Virus record (IMG/VR): IMGVR_UViG_3300002835_000029
Span: 1-64,000 of that record
Origin: an uncultured virus (IMG/VR IMGVR_UViG_3300002835_000029)
Lineage: Duplodnaviria > Heunggongvirae > Uroviricota > Caudoviricetes
Direction: 5' to 3' (one strand)
DNA: 64,000 nt
Under the pieces are notes generated by a model. It was not told the DNA's origin. It did not search any database and saw nothing but the letters and a program-made list of their open reading frames with translations. The first letter of the stretch is position 1, and each line of letters begins with the position of its first letter. Positions 9,244-19,489 of the stretch are shown piece by piece. Position numbers and translations under genes: made by a program.

Positions 9244-9952
9244 TATATATGCTGGCACAATAGACCCCAATACTCCAGATGAAAAATATATTGAATATGG
9301 TAAAAAATTTGATTGCGTATTAGAGATAATGGGTTCTTATAATAATGATGGTTTATTCTCAGCCTCTGCTGTTGCTATAGATTCTCGTTGGGTATTAACG
9401 GCGGCTCATGTTGTGAAAGACTCTAAGTTTGCTTTCTTACACAGCGAAAAGAAAAAACAGATCATAGTTATAGATGAAATTATATGCCATGAAAACTTTG
9501 AAGAGAAGCAATTTGGATTTGCAGATATAGCATTATGTCATACAACATCAGACATAGAGCTTGAATTTTATCCAAAGCTATACGAAGAATCAAATGAAGT
9601 TGACAAAATATGCGCTATTGCTGGCTATGGTAAAACTGGTACTTTTATAACTGGAATACAGAATGGAGACAAGAAAAAAAGGGGCGGATCAAATAAAATA
9701 GATAGAATAGAAAATGATCTTTTAATTTGCAGTCCTTCTATATTAAATAGAACAGAGCTTGAATTCTTAATAGGTAGCGGGGATAGCGGCGGCGGTTTAT
9801 TTATAGATGGCAAATTGGCTGGTATAAATTCTTGTGTCACAACCCTTGACAAAAAGCCAGACTCAACGTATAATGATGATGGTTGTCATACGAGGATTAG
9901 TAACTTCTTAGATTGGATCAAGACACATATACAAAAAAAGAGAGCGAACTAA
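9188..9952 (+). CDS. Exported trypsin-like (S1) serine protease
   Basis: Signal-like N-terminus; VLTAAH, DIAL and GDSGG triad motifs. Confidence 0.9.
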   Translation: MNKLINNLVVGFLIGLISNIYAGTIDPNTPDEKYIEYGKKFDCVLEIMGSYNNDGLFSASAVAIDSRWVLTAAHVVKDSKFAFLHSEKKKQIIVIDEIICHENFEEKQFGFADIALCHTTSDIELEFYPKLYEESNEVDKICAIAGYGKTGTFITGIQNGDKKKRGGSNKIDRIENDLLICSPSILNRTELEFLIGSGDSGGGLFIDGKLAGINSCVTTLDKKPDSTYNDDGCHTRISNFLDWIKTHIQKKRAN

Positions 9953-9966
9953 AAGTTCGCCCTCTT
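9933..9966 (-). terminator. Intrinsic terminator for the minus-strand gene
   Basis: Minus strand reads AAGAGGGCGAAC-TTTTA-GTTCGCTCTCTTTTTTT; the G.U pair and U-tract work only on the minus strand. Confidence 0.75.
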
Positions 9967-10004
9967 AACCAAACATACGTATGTTCTCTATCAAACCCTA
10001 TCCA

Positions 10005-10373
10005 TCATGCTTCGCTTTGTAGATCATACTTGGCACTTGAAACATTAAGATCAAAACTCATTGAGTATGTTTTTGTGGCAGTGTTATCTGAAGTTAACGA
10101 TGTTTGTCTTGAAGCACTAAACTTACTTGGGAGATCATCTGCAAGCGTAGGAACACCAGATAAATTGTTTAAACCAGTTACAAACTTATCTACTATTGAA
10201 TATACTAATTCTCCGATTTCACCACTATTACCAACATTATAACTTTCTAATGCGGCAAATGGGATGAATATGCCACTAGTACCAGTGACAGTAGATGGAC
10301 CAGCTATAATGCCGGGGAAGAATACGTTTCTGCCGGGAAACATGTTACCAGATTGTGTTGGTGAAAAAGGCAT
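10005..10373 (-). CDS. Hypothetical, possibly virion, protein (122 aa); only credible minus-strand gene
   Basis: AGGAG SD, GTGTATA motif upstream and its own terminator downstream. Confidence 0.75.
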   Translation of the reverse strand: MPFSPTQSGNMFPGRNVFFPGIIAGPSTVTGTSGIFIPFAALESYNVGNSGEIGELVYSIVDKFVTGLNNLSGVPTLADDLPSKFSASRQTSLTSDNTATKTYSMSFDLNVSSAKYDLQSEA

Positions 10374-10434
10374 AAAAATCTCCTTATAAGGTTCTAAAAT
10401 CGAGTACTCATTACAATTATACACGAAAATCAAT

Positions 10435-11082
10435 ATGGACATTACTTTATTAGTCGGCACTTGCGATAAATACAATTTCCTATGGAACAAATTTGGTCTA
10501 TTATTCAACAGATACTGGGACCACAATATAGATATTCCAAGATATTTTTTATCAGAAACCCTAGAATTTAACGACTATGGTTTTAAATCTATTTTACCGG
10601 GCAAAATACCTTATTCAGATTGTCTAAAGTATGCTCTAGATAGAGTCGATACAGAGTACGTATTATGGTTACAGGATGATTATTTTTTGAGAAAAACTAT
10701 ACCAAAGTCACAATTTGATATGTATATTCAAATATGTCGGCAGGGAATAAATAGATTAGGAATTCATGAAGATAGTAGATTATATAATAAGTTTCATATA
10801 ATAGGAAACATGTATGCATTGCGTCAGCATAGTTTATATACAATATCAATGCAAGCTTCTATATGGAATAAAGAGTTTTTTAAATCTTGCTTGATCAACC
10901 ACGGTTCAGAAAACCCTTGGGAATTTGAGGTAAATGGGTCTAAAAGATTAAATAGCAGTATGCAACACAGAATACTGTTTGACAAACAAGATACGCCTTG
11001 GTACAATGAAGCTATGAGAAAAGGCGAATTTACTCCAGAATATTATGAGATAATAGCAAAAGAAAAATTATATGATATTTAA
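10435..11082 (+). CDS. Glycosyltransferase-like protein (GT-A)
   Basis: YVLWLQDDYF DxD-like motif; QASIWNKE and PWEFE. Confidence 0.6.
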   Translation: MDITLLVGTCDKYNFLWNKFGLLFNRYWDHNIDIPRYFLSETLEFNDYGFKSILPGKIPYSDCLKYALDRVDTEYVLWLQDDYFLRKTIPKSQFDMYIQICRQGINRLGIHEDSRLYNKFHIIGNMYALRQHSLYTISMQASIWNKEFFKSCLINHGSENPWEFEVNGSKRLNSSMQHRILFDKQDTPWYNEAMRKGEFTPEYYEIIAKEKLYDI

Positions 11083-11620
11083 AGAAGCCTTGCGTATAAA
11101 AATTGGTGATAAAATTTACACCCATTCTGGAGATATTGTGGTAATATCTGGATGGCATCAGAATTTTGAAAATTCTTGTATAAAAGATGACTTCTACTTT
11201 ATATGCATAGACAGTATGTTTAATACCATAAAGTATAGGTATAATGAATTATGTGGGCCAGAACTTTGCGACGAAGATAAAATGTTCATCGATTGGCTAC
11301 AAAACCAGAACATAATGAAGAGTGATATTCCGCTTTTAAAAGAAGCATTTATGTCTGGATTTTCTAGTGGGTATTCCCACAAGCAAAAGGTAAGGTCAGA
11401 AGACCAATTACAAAAATGACTTGGACAGAAATAAGATCGTGGGCCAAAGGTCTTGGATATGAGACTATTAAAGATAAAGACGATGCTCAGTATTATTGGG
11501 CAAAATCTAGTGATAATTCTATTAGCGGTAGCGGTGCTGCTCCAAGCGTTAGTAAACTGGCTAGGGCAATATTTAATCATCATACGAATGGTAAGTGGCT
11601 AGATCACCAAAGAGAGTATA

Positions 11621-12121
11621 ATGAAAAATAGTTTATTTATTGATAGAGAATGGGAAACCAAATGTATAGATAAAATATGCGATGAAATTCGTCATAATAG
11701 TCTTATTAACTTGTCTAGTCGCATAGGTATATTACAATTAAGTTATGAATATTCTGGGCTTGTGGCTCAATTAATATCTCATAAATTATCAAATAAAGAT
11801 GAGCCTATAGATATAGAACCCGTTAATATTCCATATAAAGATGAGTTTGAAGCATTTATTCATCCAAATCAATTAGATCCATACTATATCTTAATTGTAG
11901 TAGATAGCGGATGTCTCAGTGGAAATAATTTTAAGAAAATAGAACAAAAACTTTTAGATTATGGTTATCCAAGATCTCAATTATTTTTTACTTGCATAGC
12001 CTGTGATCTTAATAGCGTTTTTCGTCCAGATTTTTGTCCAATATATTTTGATGGCGATACAACAATGGCGCATTTTTGGTGGGAAACTAGAACAGATAAA
12101 TTTAATAGAGAAAAAACATGA
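11621..12121 (+). CDS. Phosphoribosyltransferase-like protein
   Basis: ILIVVDSGCLSGNNF resembles the type I PRPP-binding loop; ends with HFWWE. Confidence 0.55.
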   Translation: MKNSLFIDREWETKCIDKICDEIRHNSLINLSSRIGILQLSYEYSGLVAQLISHKLSNKDEPIDIEPVNIPYKDEFEAFIHPNQLDPYYILIVVDSGCLSGNNFKKIEQKLLDYGYPRSQLFFTCIACDLNSVFRPDFCPIYFDGDTTMAHFWWETRTDKFNREKT

Positions 12122-12753
12122 ATGTAAAATTAATTAGCGTTACTCCCGATGCAGAAAAATTAATGGCATATTGTGCTAGAGTATCAAATCCAAAAGGACA
12201 AGATAACGATAACTATGCTAAACTTTTGAAATATTGTATTGAGCATCAGCATTGGAGTATTTTTGAGCACGGCTTTATGACTGTTGAAATTAATACAACA
12301 AGAGGTATTGCTGCTCAGATTCTAAGACACAGAAGCTTTACTTTTCAAGAGTTTAGCCAACGTTATGCCGATACAGCATTGTTAGCAGAAGACATTCCGT
12401 TATTTGAACTTCGCCGTCAAGATACTAAAAATAGACAAAACAGTATAGATGACATTAGCGATGAAGTACGAGTTAAATGGAATACAAAAATTCGTGAGCA
12501 TTTCGCTAAAACAAAATCAATATACGATGACATGATTAAAGACGGGGTGGCTAAAGAGTGTGCTAGGTTTGTATTACCACTAGCAACTCCTACCAGACTT
12601 TATGTTTCTGGAAATGTCAGATCATGGATTACGTATATAGCACTAAGAGAAAAAAGCGGTACTCAGAAGGAACATATGGATATAGCGAATGGATGCAAAG
12701 AAATTTTTGTACAACAATTCCCTACAATTAGTGAGGCTTTGGATTGGAAATGA
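12118..12753 (+). CDS. thyX: Flavin-dependent thymidylate synthase
   Basis: HWSIFEH, QILRHRSFTFQEFSQRY, ECARFVLP. Confidence 0.95.
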   Translation: MNVKLISVTPDAEKLMAYCARVSNPKGQDNDNYAKLLKYCIEHQHWSIFEHGFMTVEINTTRGIAAQILRHRSFTFQEFSQRYADTALLAEDIPLFELRRQDTKNRQNSIDDISDEVRVKWNTKIREHFAKTKSIYDDMIKDGVAKECARFVLPLATPTRLYVSGNVRSWITYIALREKSGTQKEHMDIANGCKEIFVQQFPTISEALDWK

Positions 12754-13072
12754 AAATCAAGCTTGAAATGAGTGAAAGTGATATTATTCGTGCTATGCGT
12801 GATAATAGGTATTCACCACTTGAGTTATTAGCAGCAAAGCACTTCAAAGAAAATATAAAGAATGTAGAAGTGACCAATGACTCTATAGTGATTTGGGATG
12901 ATTCTATAAACGATTATAATTCATATAGATATTGCACAGATGATATAGATACCATAGGATCTTTTATTGATGAATGGGCAGAATATATTGATGGTCATTT
13001 AGTTGACTTTGCATTAGAACCCATATCTTTCTGTGTAGAAGACAACCGTTGAAAAAAAATTAAACTGGCCGC

Positions 13073-13100
13073 TTGACACTGCCGATAACTCTGGTATACT
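13073..13100 (+). promoter_or_regulatory. Sigma70 promoter upstream of rIIA
   Basis: TTGACA-16 bp-TATACT with extended TGG. Confidence 0.7.
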
Positions 13101-13145
13101 CAAAGTACACACAGCACTTAAGCACTTTTTAGGAGATTAGCAATT

Positions 13146-15278
13146 ATGAAACTTCACGCTAGTACGAACGTTATTGAGAAGTCCGGTCAGTTTGAAGAGT
13201 CCAAGTTCAGCATCGAAGCATCGTCTAAGGCATTCTTTATCCTTTCTGACGGTCTTTATTCTAACAAGATTCTCGCAGTTGTTCGTGAACTCTCTACTAA
13301 TGCCTACGATTCTCACGTTGAGGCTGGCAAGGCAAACGTACCTTTTGACGTTCATATCCCCACCGCCATCTCGCCCGTATTCTCTATTCGTGACTACGGC
13401 ACTAGCATGGATCATGAAAACTGTATGCAACTCTATACTACGTATTTCCGTAGCACCCGAAATAATAGCAATGATGCGGTTGGTTGTCTTGGTCTGGGTA
13501 GCAAGGCTCCCTTTGCATACTCCGATAGTTTTACCGTTGAGGCTTATCTTGATGGTACTCGTAGGCTTTATACTGCCTATAAGGATGAGAGCGGCAGTCC
13601 CGTCTTCTCTTTGATGGACGAGTCTGATACCAGCGAACAGAATGGTATCAAGGTTTCTATCAATGTGAATGAGTATGATATCAACCGATTTCAACATGAA
13701 TCGCACCATGTTTATGAACATTTCAAGGTAAAGCCAAACTTTGTGGCTTATAAGCCCTCATTCCGTAGCATTGATAAGGTTCTGGCTGGAACCAACTGGT
13801 ACTTTGATGACAATGCCAGAGAGAATCTTATTGTGATGGGTCAGATCTCATACCCAATTGACGTTAACCAGTTTACTGCTAATGGTGACAAGTCTTTCCA
13901 ACGTCATCGTGAATTTATTGAGTATTCTAACGGACTGAGAATCTTTGTGAATATTGGAGATGTTGACATTACTCCTAGTCGTGAGTCTCTTTCATATAGT
14001 CGAGACACTAAAAAGAATATTCTTAGCATGATTGATAATATCATTAACGAGATTGCTGTTAAGATTGAAGAACAAATTGCTAGCCAGCCTTCTTTGTTTA
14101 AGGCCCGTATGAAGTATGTTCAGATTAGCAATCAGTGTTCGTCTATCAATACTGCTGTTCAGTCTCTTCAAAAGTCTATCACTTGGAATGATATGAAGCT
14201 TTTTGATAGCGTTGCTGGAGAGTATATCAATGCTAAAGATAGTGGTATTAACTTGATGGAAAAGTCCCAGTATCGTTCTAAGGTTGATATTAAGTACGGT
14301 GTTGAGCGTATTGTCTTTAATACTCACACAAAGTTTTTTATTGATAACCTTACTAGGGGTGGAGTTAGTCGAATTCGTCAGTACATGAAAGAGAACGGTG
14401 GCTCTCAGGCTTGCTATGTCTACAAGCTTAAGGAAAGCGAGACTATTGACAACTGCCGTTTGTATGGTATCCTTGGTGATGCTGATCGGACAGATGTTGT
14501 CTTGACTTCAACTCTTGATAAAGTTAATTACAATCGTTCTAGTTATGGGTTTACAAACTCTGGTCCAGTTGTACAGGCACGGGTTTTCAATGAAGAAACT
14601 GGTCGCTTTGAGGATTGCAACATGAGCGTAAAGTATGAGAATGCTCACTATTTCACAGAGTCTAAGGGTTCTGTTGAAATTGATTCTCACGAAGTTGATG
14701 TCAGTTTTCTTGAAAATGTACTTGAATATGTTTGCAAGAATCACTCTGACATGGTTGAAGATGCTACGTTTTATATTGTCAAGCCATCCGTTGTAAAGAA
14801 TAGGAAGCTTGATGAGCGTGGTAACTGGACCCGTGGTGTTAACGTACTTGAAAAAGTTTTTGATCATGCCACAAAGACCAACAAGCAAAATATTATTAAT
14901 GTTAATCGTAGGGTTCCACTTTCAAATGAGCGATATGATCGATGGAAGGATATCATTACGATGACTTCTAATAGCGAAGTCAAGAACATCATTAATGAAT
15001 ACAACGAATATTGCTCCAACATTAATAACATTGCAACAGAAATGAATATGATTTACAGCATGTCAAAGATGTTGCCCAATGTTGAGAAGGTTAGTTTTAG
15101 CGATGTGAAACTCGATGATAATAAGTTCGCTAGCAAGTTTGACAAGGAAATGAAGAAGTATCCTATGCTCAGACTGCTTTCGATTCCTTGGAATGATGCT
15201 GATAGGAAGCTTGTTGCTGACTATATCGATACTATTGAATCGGGCCTGAAGGCCCAAACTGTTCTTAACTCACTGTGA
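13146..15278 (+). CDS. rIIA: RIIA-like protein (N-terminal GHKL/Hsp90-like ATPase)
   Basis: LYSNKILAVVRELSTNAYD, IRDYG, GCLGLGSKAPF, DITPSRESL; followed by a rIIB-like gene. Confidence 0.88.
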   Translation: MKLHASTNVIEKSGQFEESKFSIEASSKAFFILSDGLYSNKILAVVRELSTNAYDSHVEAGKANVPFDVHIPTAISPVFSIRDYGTSMDHENCMQLYTTYFRSTRNNSNDAVGCLGLGSKAPFAYSDSFTVEAYLDGTRRLYTAYKDESGSPVFSLMDESDTSEQNGIKVSINVNEYDINRFQHESHHVYEHFKVKPNFVAYKPSFRSIDKVLAGTNWYFDDNARENLIVMGQISYPIDVNQFTANGDKSFQRHREFIEYSNGLRIFVNIGDVDITPSRESLSYSRDTKKNILSMIDNIINEIAVKIEEQIASQPSLFKARMKYVQISNQCSSINTAVQSLQKSITWNDMKLFDSVAGEYINAKDSGINLMEKSQYRSKVDIKYGVERIVFNTHTKFFIDNLTRGGVSRIRQYMKENGGSQACYVYKLKESETIDNCRLYGILGDADRTDVVLTSTLDKVNYNRSSYGFTNSGPVVQARVFNEETGRFEDCNMSVKYENAHYFTESKGSVEIDSHEVDVSFLENVLEYVCKNHSDMVEDATFYIVKPSVVKNRKLDERGNWTRGVNVLEKVFDHATKTNKQNIINVNRRVPLSNERYDRWKDIITMTSNSEVKNIINEYNEYCSNINNIATEMNMIYSMSKMLPNVEKVSFSDVKLDDNKFASKFDKEMKKYPMLRLLSIPWNDADRKLVADYIDTIESGLKAQTVLNSL

Positions 15279-15306
15279 CGCTATAATAAGTTTAAGGAGA
15301 CATAAC

Positions 15307-16176
15307 ATGAAATACATTATTGCAAATGACGGTACTGTTACTGCGGTTGTTAGTGGTCAGGCATACTGCTTCGGCAAGTCCCACCCTAACTATAATAAGT
15401 TAATTAATCATCTTAAGAATAACAATGTCGAACACTTTGAGGCTTCTTACGATATCATTTCGCATGTTAATGCTTACTGCGATGGATATGTAAATTGCCA
15501 AGATGGTGGCTTGAGTTGGGATGGAATTAAGATGCCCGATATGTTTACTGGAACAATCCTTGATATGATTAAGCAAGGTTTTCCTTTTGAGCCTATGTTG
15601 AATTTCCTTGATAATCTTAGTCAGAATCCATCTGACCATGCTGTTATTGAGTTGTTCGACTTTATGGAAAACAAGAACATGCCTATCACATATGATGGTT
15701 GTTTCTTGTCCTATAAGGCTGTACGCGAAGACTACAAGGATATTTATTCCGGCACTTTTGACAATCGCGTTGGTTCTATTTGCGAAGTCCAGCGTAGTAA
15801 GGTAGACAGCAATCGTGACAACGGTTGTGGTAAGGGTCTACACGTTGGTGCTATTGATTATGCTAAGAGTTATGGCGGCATTGATATTGATAACGATAAT
15901 GATGGCGGTGGCAATCGTCTAATGATTTGCAAGGTTAATCCACGCGATGTTGTTAGCGTACCAAATGACTCTAAGTTTCAAAAGCTTCGCACTTGTCGAT
16001 ATGAAGTTGTATCTGAATTTGATAGCATTTTCGATAAGGTTGTTCATATGACCGGTGATGATATTGAACATGTTAATCGTAAGAAGCGTAACCGGGATTG
16101 GGTTGTTGAGGTTACGGCAAAGATGGATAGACTTAATAGAGTTCTTTCCAAGCGTAGGCAGGCTGTTAGTGTTTGA
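15307..16176 (+). CDS. rIIB: RIIB-like protein
   Basis: PITYDGCFLSYK, CGKGLHVG, KVNPRDVVSVP, KLRTCRYEVV. Confidence 0.88.
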   Translation: MKYIIANDGTVTAVVSGQAYCFGKSHPNYNKLINHLKNNNVEHFEASYDIISHVNAYCDGYVNCQDGGLSWDGIKMPDMFTGTILDMIKQGFPFEPMLNFLDNLSQNPSDHAVIELFDFMENKNMPITYDGCFLSYKAVREDYKDIYSGTFDNRVGSICEVQRSKVDSNRDNGCGKGLHVGAIDYAKSYGGIDIDNDNDGGGNRLMICKVNPRDVVSVPNDSKFQKLRTCRYEVVSEFDSIFDKVVHMTGDDIEHVNRKKRNRDWVVEVTAKMDRLNRVLSKRRQAVSV

Positions 16177-16189
16177 TTGTGTGTTAAAT

Positions 16190-16223
16190 CCGATGGGGGA
16201 AGAAATTCCCCTGTCGGTTTTTT
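16190..16223 (+). terminator. Intrinsic terminator
   Basis: CCGATGGGG...CCCCTGTCGG followed by TTTTTT. Confidence 0.75.
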
Positions 16224-16236
16224 CTTGGAGTAAATA

Positions 16237-17280
16237 ATGAATATTAATAACGATACAAAACTTGATTTCGATGATGTATTACTCGTTCCACAGAGATCCC
16301 GAGCCGCCTCACGGTCCTTGGTCGATGTAAAAAGAACGTTTAAATTTTTTCACTCATCTTTGGAGTGGAGTGGTGTTCCTATAATGGCCGCGAATATGGA
16401 TACCACTGGCACATTCGAAATGGCAGAATCTCTATCAAAGAAAAATTGTATCACATGCCTACACAAACATTATAATATAGAAGATTATATAGAAAATCTC
16501 CAAGATCTAAATACATTTTGGTATAGCATGGGAATTAATGATGAAGAAGTCAGCAAACTTAGGAAGATAGTTGATAGAATAGAAGATATACCAAATATCT
16601 GTATTGATGTTGCTAATGGATATACAGATAAGTTTGTAGACCACTGTGCAAAAATAAGGGAGAAGTTTGGAACTAGGCCCGTTATAATGGCTGGCAATGT
16701 ATGTACTCCCGAAATGGTTCATGAATTAATTCTTCACGGTGGCGTTGATATTGTTAAGGTTGGAATTGGGCCGGGATCAGCATGTACAACAAGACTAAAA
16801 GCTGGAGTAGGATATCCTCAATTATCAGCAATTAATGAATGCTCTCACGCTGCCCATGGATTAAAAGCACAACACAAGCACTTGGGTCTAATTTGTGCAG
16901 ATGGTGGCTGTAGGACTCCAGCAGACGTTGTAAAAGCATTTGCTGCTGGTGCAGACTTTGTTATGCTTGGAGGCATGATTGCTGGTACAGAGGAATGCAG
17001 TGGAGAATGGAGTCATATAAACGGTAGTAGGGTTTTAACATTCTATGGGATGAGTTCCCATGCAGCACAGGAAAAATATGGTGGAATTAAAAATTATAGG
17101 GCCAGTGAAGGTCGCGTTAAGACGGTAGAATATAAGGGTGAGGTATCAGATGTCATTGATGATATATTGGGTGGTATCAGAAGTGCTTGTGCATATGTTG
17201 GGGCAGATAGTATAAAAGACCTTCCAAAATGTGCAGAATTTGTTAAAGTTAATAGGGTACACTTTGATAGGAGCATTTAA
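16237..17280 (+). CDS. guaC: GMP reductase
   Basis: PIMAANMDTTG, CIDVANGY, KVGIGPGSACTTR, YRASEG; no CBS domains. Confidence 0.92.
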   Translation: MNINNDTKLDFDDVLLVPQRSRAASRSLVDVKRTFKFFHSSLEWSGVPIMAANMDTTGTFEMAESLSKKNCITCLHKHYNIEDYIENLQDLNTFWYSMGINDEEVSKLRKIVDRIEDIPNICIDVANGYTDKFVDHCAKIREKFGTRPVIMAGNVCTPEMVHELILHGGVDIVKVGIGPGSACTTRLKAGVGYPQLSAINECSHAAHGLKAQHKHLGLICADGGCRTPADVVKAFAAGADFVMLGGMIAGTEECSGEWSHINGSRVLTFYGMSSHAAQEKYGGIKNYRASEGRVKTVEYKGEVSDVIDDILGGIRSACAYVGADSIKDLPKCAEFVKVNRVHFDRSI

Positions 17281-17846
17281 TGGAACTGGAATTACAAGAA
17301 ATAATAAACAATAATGGATTACGCAAAGAATCTTTTCAATTGATGATTGACAAATTATCAAAAAAAGATAGTCCGTTGATTATAGAAACTGGCTGTGTAA
17401 GACAAGTAAATGATTACGGTGCTGGAATGTCAACTGTAATATTTGATAAGTTTATTCAAGACAATAAAGGTCAATGTTATTCAATAGATATAAATCCATA
17501 TAATATAGAATTAGCAAAAAGTATAACTAAAAATATAAGTCTTATATGTTCTGATTCAGTTTCTTATTTATTTCATATGAATAAACAGTTGAGAGAAATA
17601 AACAAAACAGTAGATCTTTTGTATCTAGATTCTTACGATTTTGATCATAACAATCCTCACCCATCATCTATGCACCATATTATGGAATTGTTATGTATTT
17701 GGCCTTCATGTTCTGCCGGAACTATAATTGCTGTAGATGACAATTTTGAAAATGGACACGGTAAAGGTAAATACGTTAAACAATTTATGAAGAACATAGG
17801 TATAGATCCTATTTTTGATGGCTATCAAATAGTTTGGGAATTATAA
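17280..17846 (+). CDS. Class I SAM-dependent methyltransferase
   Basis: IIETGC, SIDIN, SDSV, DLLYLDS. Confidence 0.75.
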   Translation: MELELQEIINNNGLRKESFQLMIDKLSKKDSPLIIETGCVRQVNDYGAGMSTVIFDKFIQDNKGQCYSIDINPYNIELAKSITKNISLICSDSVSYLFHMNKQLREINKTVDLLYLDSYDFDHNNPHPSSMHHIMELLCIWPSCSAGTIIAVDDNFENGHGKGKYVKQFMKNIGIDPIFDGYQIVWEL

Positions 17847-18271
17847 TGTCTAAATGGGATTATAGGTTTCTTGATTTAGCTAAATTTATTTCTGGATGGT
17901 CTAAAGATCCATCGACTAAAGTTGGTGCTGTCATAGTTGATAAAAATAATAGAATAGTCTCTGTTGGATATAATGGTTTTCCTAAACATATAGAAGATAA
18001 TGATAGACTGAAAGAGAGAGATACAAAGTATAATATTATTGTACACGGCGAGATAAATGCAATCTTATTTGCTAATAAATCTGTAGAAGGATGTACTTTA
18101 TATACTTACCCATTTATGCCATGTCCAAGATGTGCTGGTTTAATAATACAGTCAGGAATAAGCAGAATAGTTTCATTCGTAAACAAAATAGATAGATGGG
18201 AAAAAGACTTTGAATTATCAAGGGAATTATTTCATGAATCTGATGTCGAATGTGTGGAGTATCAAACATGA
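17846..18271 (+). CDS. dCMP deaminase
   Basis: SKDPSTKVGA, GYNGFP, HGEINA, PCPRC. Confidence 0.9.
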   Translation: MSKWDYRFLDLAKFISGWSKDPSTKVGAVIVDKNNRIVSVGYNGFPKHIEDNDRLKERDTKYNIIVHGEINAILFANKSVEGCTLYTYPFMPCPRCAGLIIQSGISRIVSFVNKIDRWEKDFELSRELFHESDVECVEYQT

Positions 18272-18717
18272 GTACTAATAATAAACGCACAGTAAAAGAG
18301 ACTCTAGATATGATAGAGGAATGTGTTTACTCAAACAAGCTAGAATTTCTTGCAGAACTAGTAGTCAGGCTAGAAAGTGAATATATAGATATTGCTAGAC
18401 TTGGAACAGATGACAATTATCAACCTAATTGGACTCATCTTCAAGTTTTAGATTATATGACATATGAACAAAAACCATGATTGTTTTTGACAGTACTAAT
18501 GGGTATAACAAGGTGAAAGAACAAGGAGAAAAAGATATGACGGTTGTAGAAATGGCAAAAGCACATTTGCAAAATGTTGCTCAAAGGATTGAAGAATTGA
18601 CAAAGCAGCAGGCTTTAATTCAAAATGAGATTGAGCAACTAAAGGCTTATGTGCAAAATGGCGTTAAAGATGTTCAAGTTTTCGAAGAATTAAATAGCAA
18701 TGAAGAAGGAGATTGAT

Positions 18718-19035
18718 ATGAATTATACTGAATTTTTTGACAGACTATCAAACCTAGCTGATGCATATCATTGGGATATTAATCATAATCGTGTTGTTGC
18801 CACCATTCAAAGTGGTCACTACAAGGGTGTAACATTAAATCCAATTACTGCTTTAGCACACAAGTCTGGGTTTGGATTTTTTCGTAATAATCGTGAAGAT
18901 ACAGAGTTCGCTGCTCGACTTCTGGGTATTCCGCGATCAATTGCTAGAAACGTATACAGTGCTACACTAGGCACTTATAATCGTGGCAATACACAGGTAG
19001 TAAGAGGTAGAATTCGTTCAGCATTGGAGGTATGA
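18718..19035 (+). CDS. Hypothetical protein
   Basis: AAGGAG SD; ~105 aa ORF. Confidence 0.65.
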   Translation: MNYTEFFDRLSNLADAYHWDINHNRVVATIQSGHYKGVTLNPITALAHKSGFGFFRNNREDTEFAARLLGIPRSIARNVYSATLGTYNRGNTQVVRGRIRSALEV

Positions 19036-19039
19036 TAGC

Positions 19040-19372
19040 ATGAATATTAATACATGGTTAGGTTGTGGCAGATTAACAAAGGATGCGGAATTAAGCACAA
19101 CCCAAAAGGGTACTGCTATGGCAAAGTTTCGTATGGCCGTGAATGATCGTCGCAATGAAGATACTCTATTCTTAAATATCCTATGTTTTGGAAAAATGGC
19201 TGAAGCATTAAAGGATCATCTAAAGAAGGGCAGATTGGTTGGCGTTCAAGGGAAGCTAAAAATTGATGATTATCAAGATAAGGATGGGAATCAAAAGAAC
19301 TCTATCTGCGTAATGGCAGATGAAATTTCTTTAGGCCCGTCTGGAATTGTAGGGCAAGACTCTAAAGAGTGA
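19040..19372 (+). CDS. ssb: Single-stranded DNA-binding protein (short)
   Basis: GRLTKDAEL, FRMAVN, LKKGRLVGVQGKL OB-fold pattern. Confidence 0.9.
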   Translation: MNINTWLGCGRLTKDAELSTTQKGTAMAKFRMAVNDRRNEDTLFLNILCFGKMAEALKDHLKKGRLVGVQGKLKIDDYQDKDGNQKNSICVMADEISLGPSGIVGQDSKE

Positions 19373-19396
19373 AATGGATAGTCAATCTGTCTAAGG

Positions 19397-19433
19397 AATG
19401 GCCCGTCGCCTTGTGCTTCGGGCCATTTTTTTT
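19397..19433 (+). terminator. Intrinsic terminator
   Basis: AATGGCCCG...CGGGCCATT followed by a T-tract. Confidence 0.8.
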
Positions 19434-19444
19434 AAGTTTGCGTC

Positions 19445-19472
19445 TTGACTGTGACGATAGTTATGGTATGAT
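19445..19472 (+). promoter_or_regulatory. Sigma70 promoter
   Basis: TTGACT-16 bp-TATGAT with extended TGG, directly after a terminator. Confidence 0.65.
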
Positions 19473-19489
19473 CACAGTAGGAAAAAATT

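Noticed and set aside
13137..15257. Long alternative-frame and antisense ORFs over rIIA, and similar short minus-strand ORFs elsewhere
   Set aside because: Shadows of codon bias in real genes; no recognisable motifs
16237..17280. IMP dehydrogenase (guaB)
   Set aside because: AANMD, DVANGY and YRASEG motifs with no CBS domains fit GMP reductase
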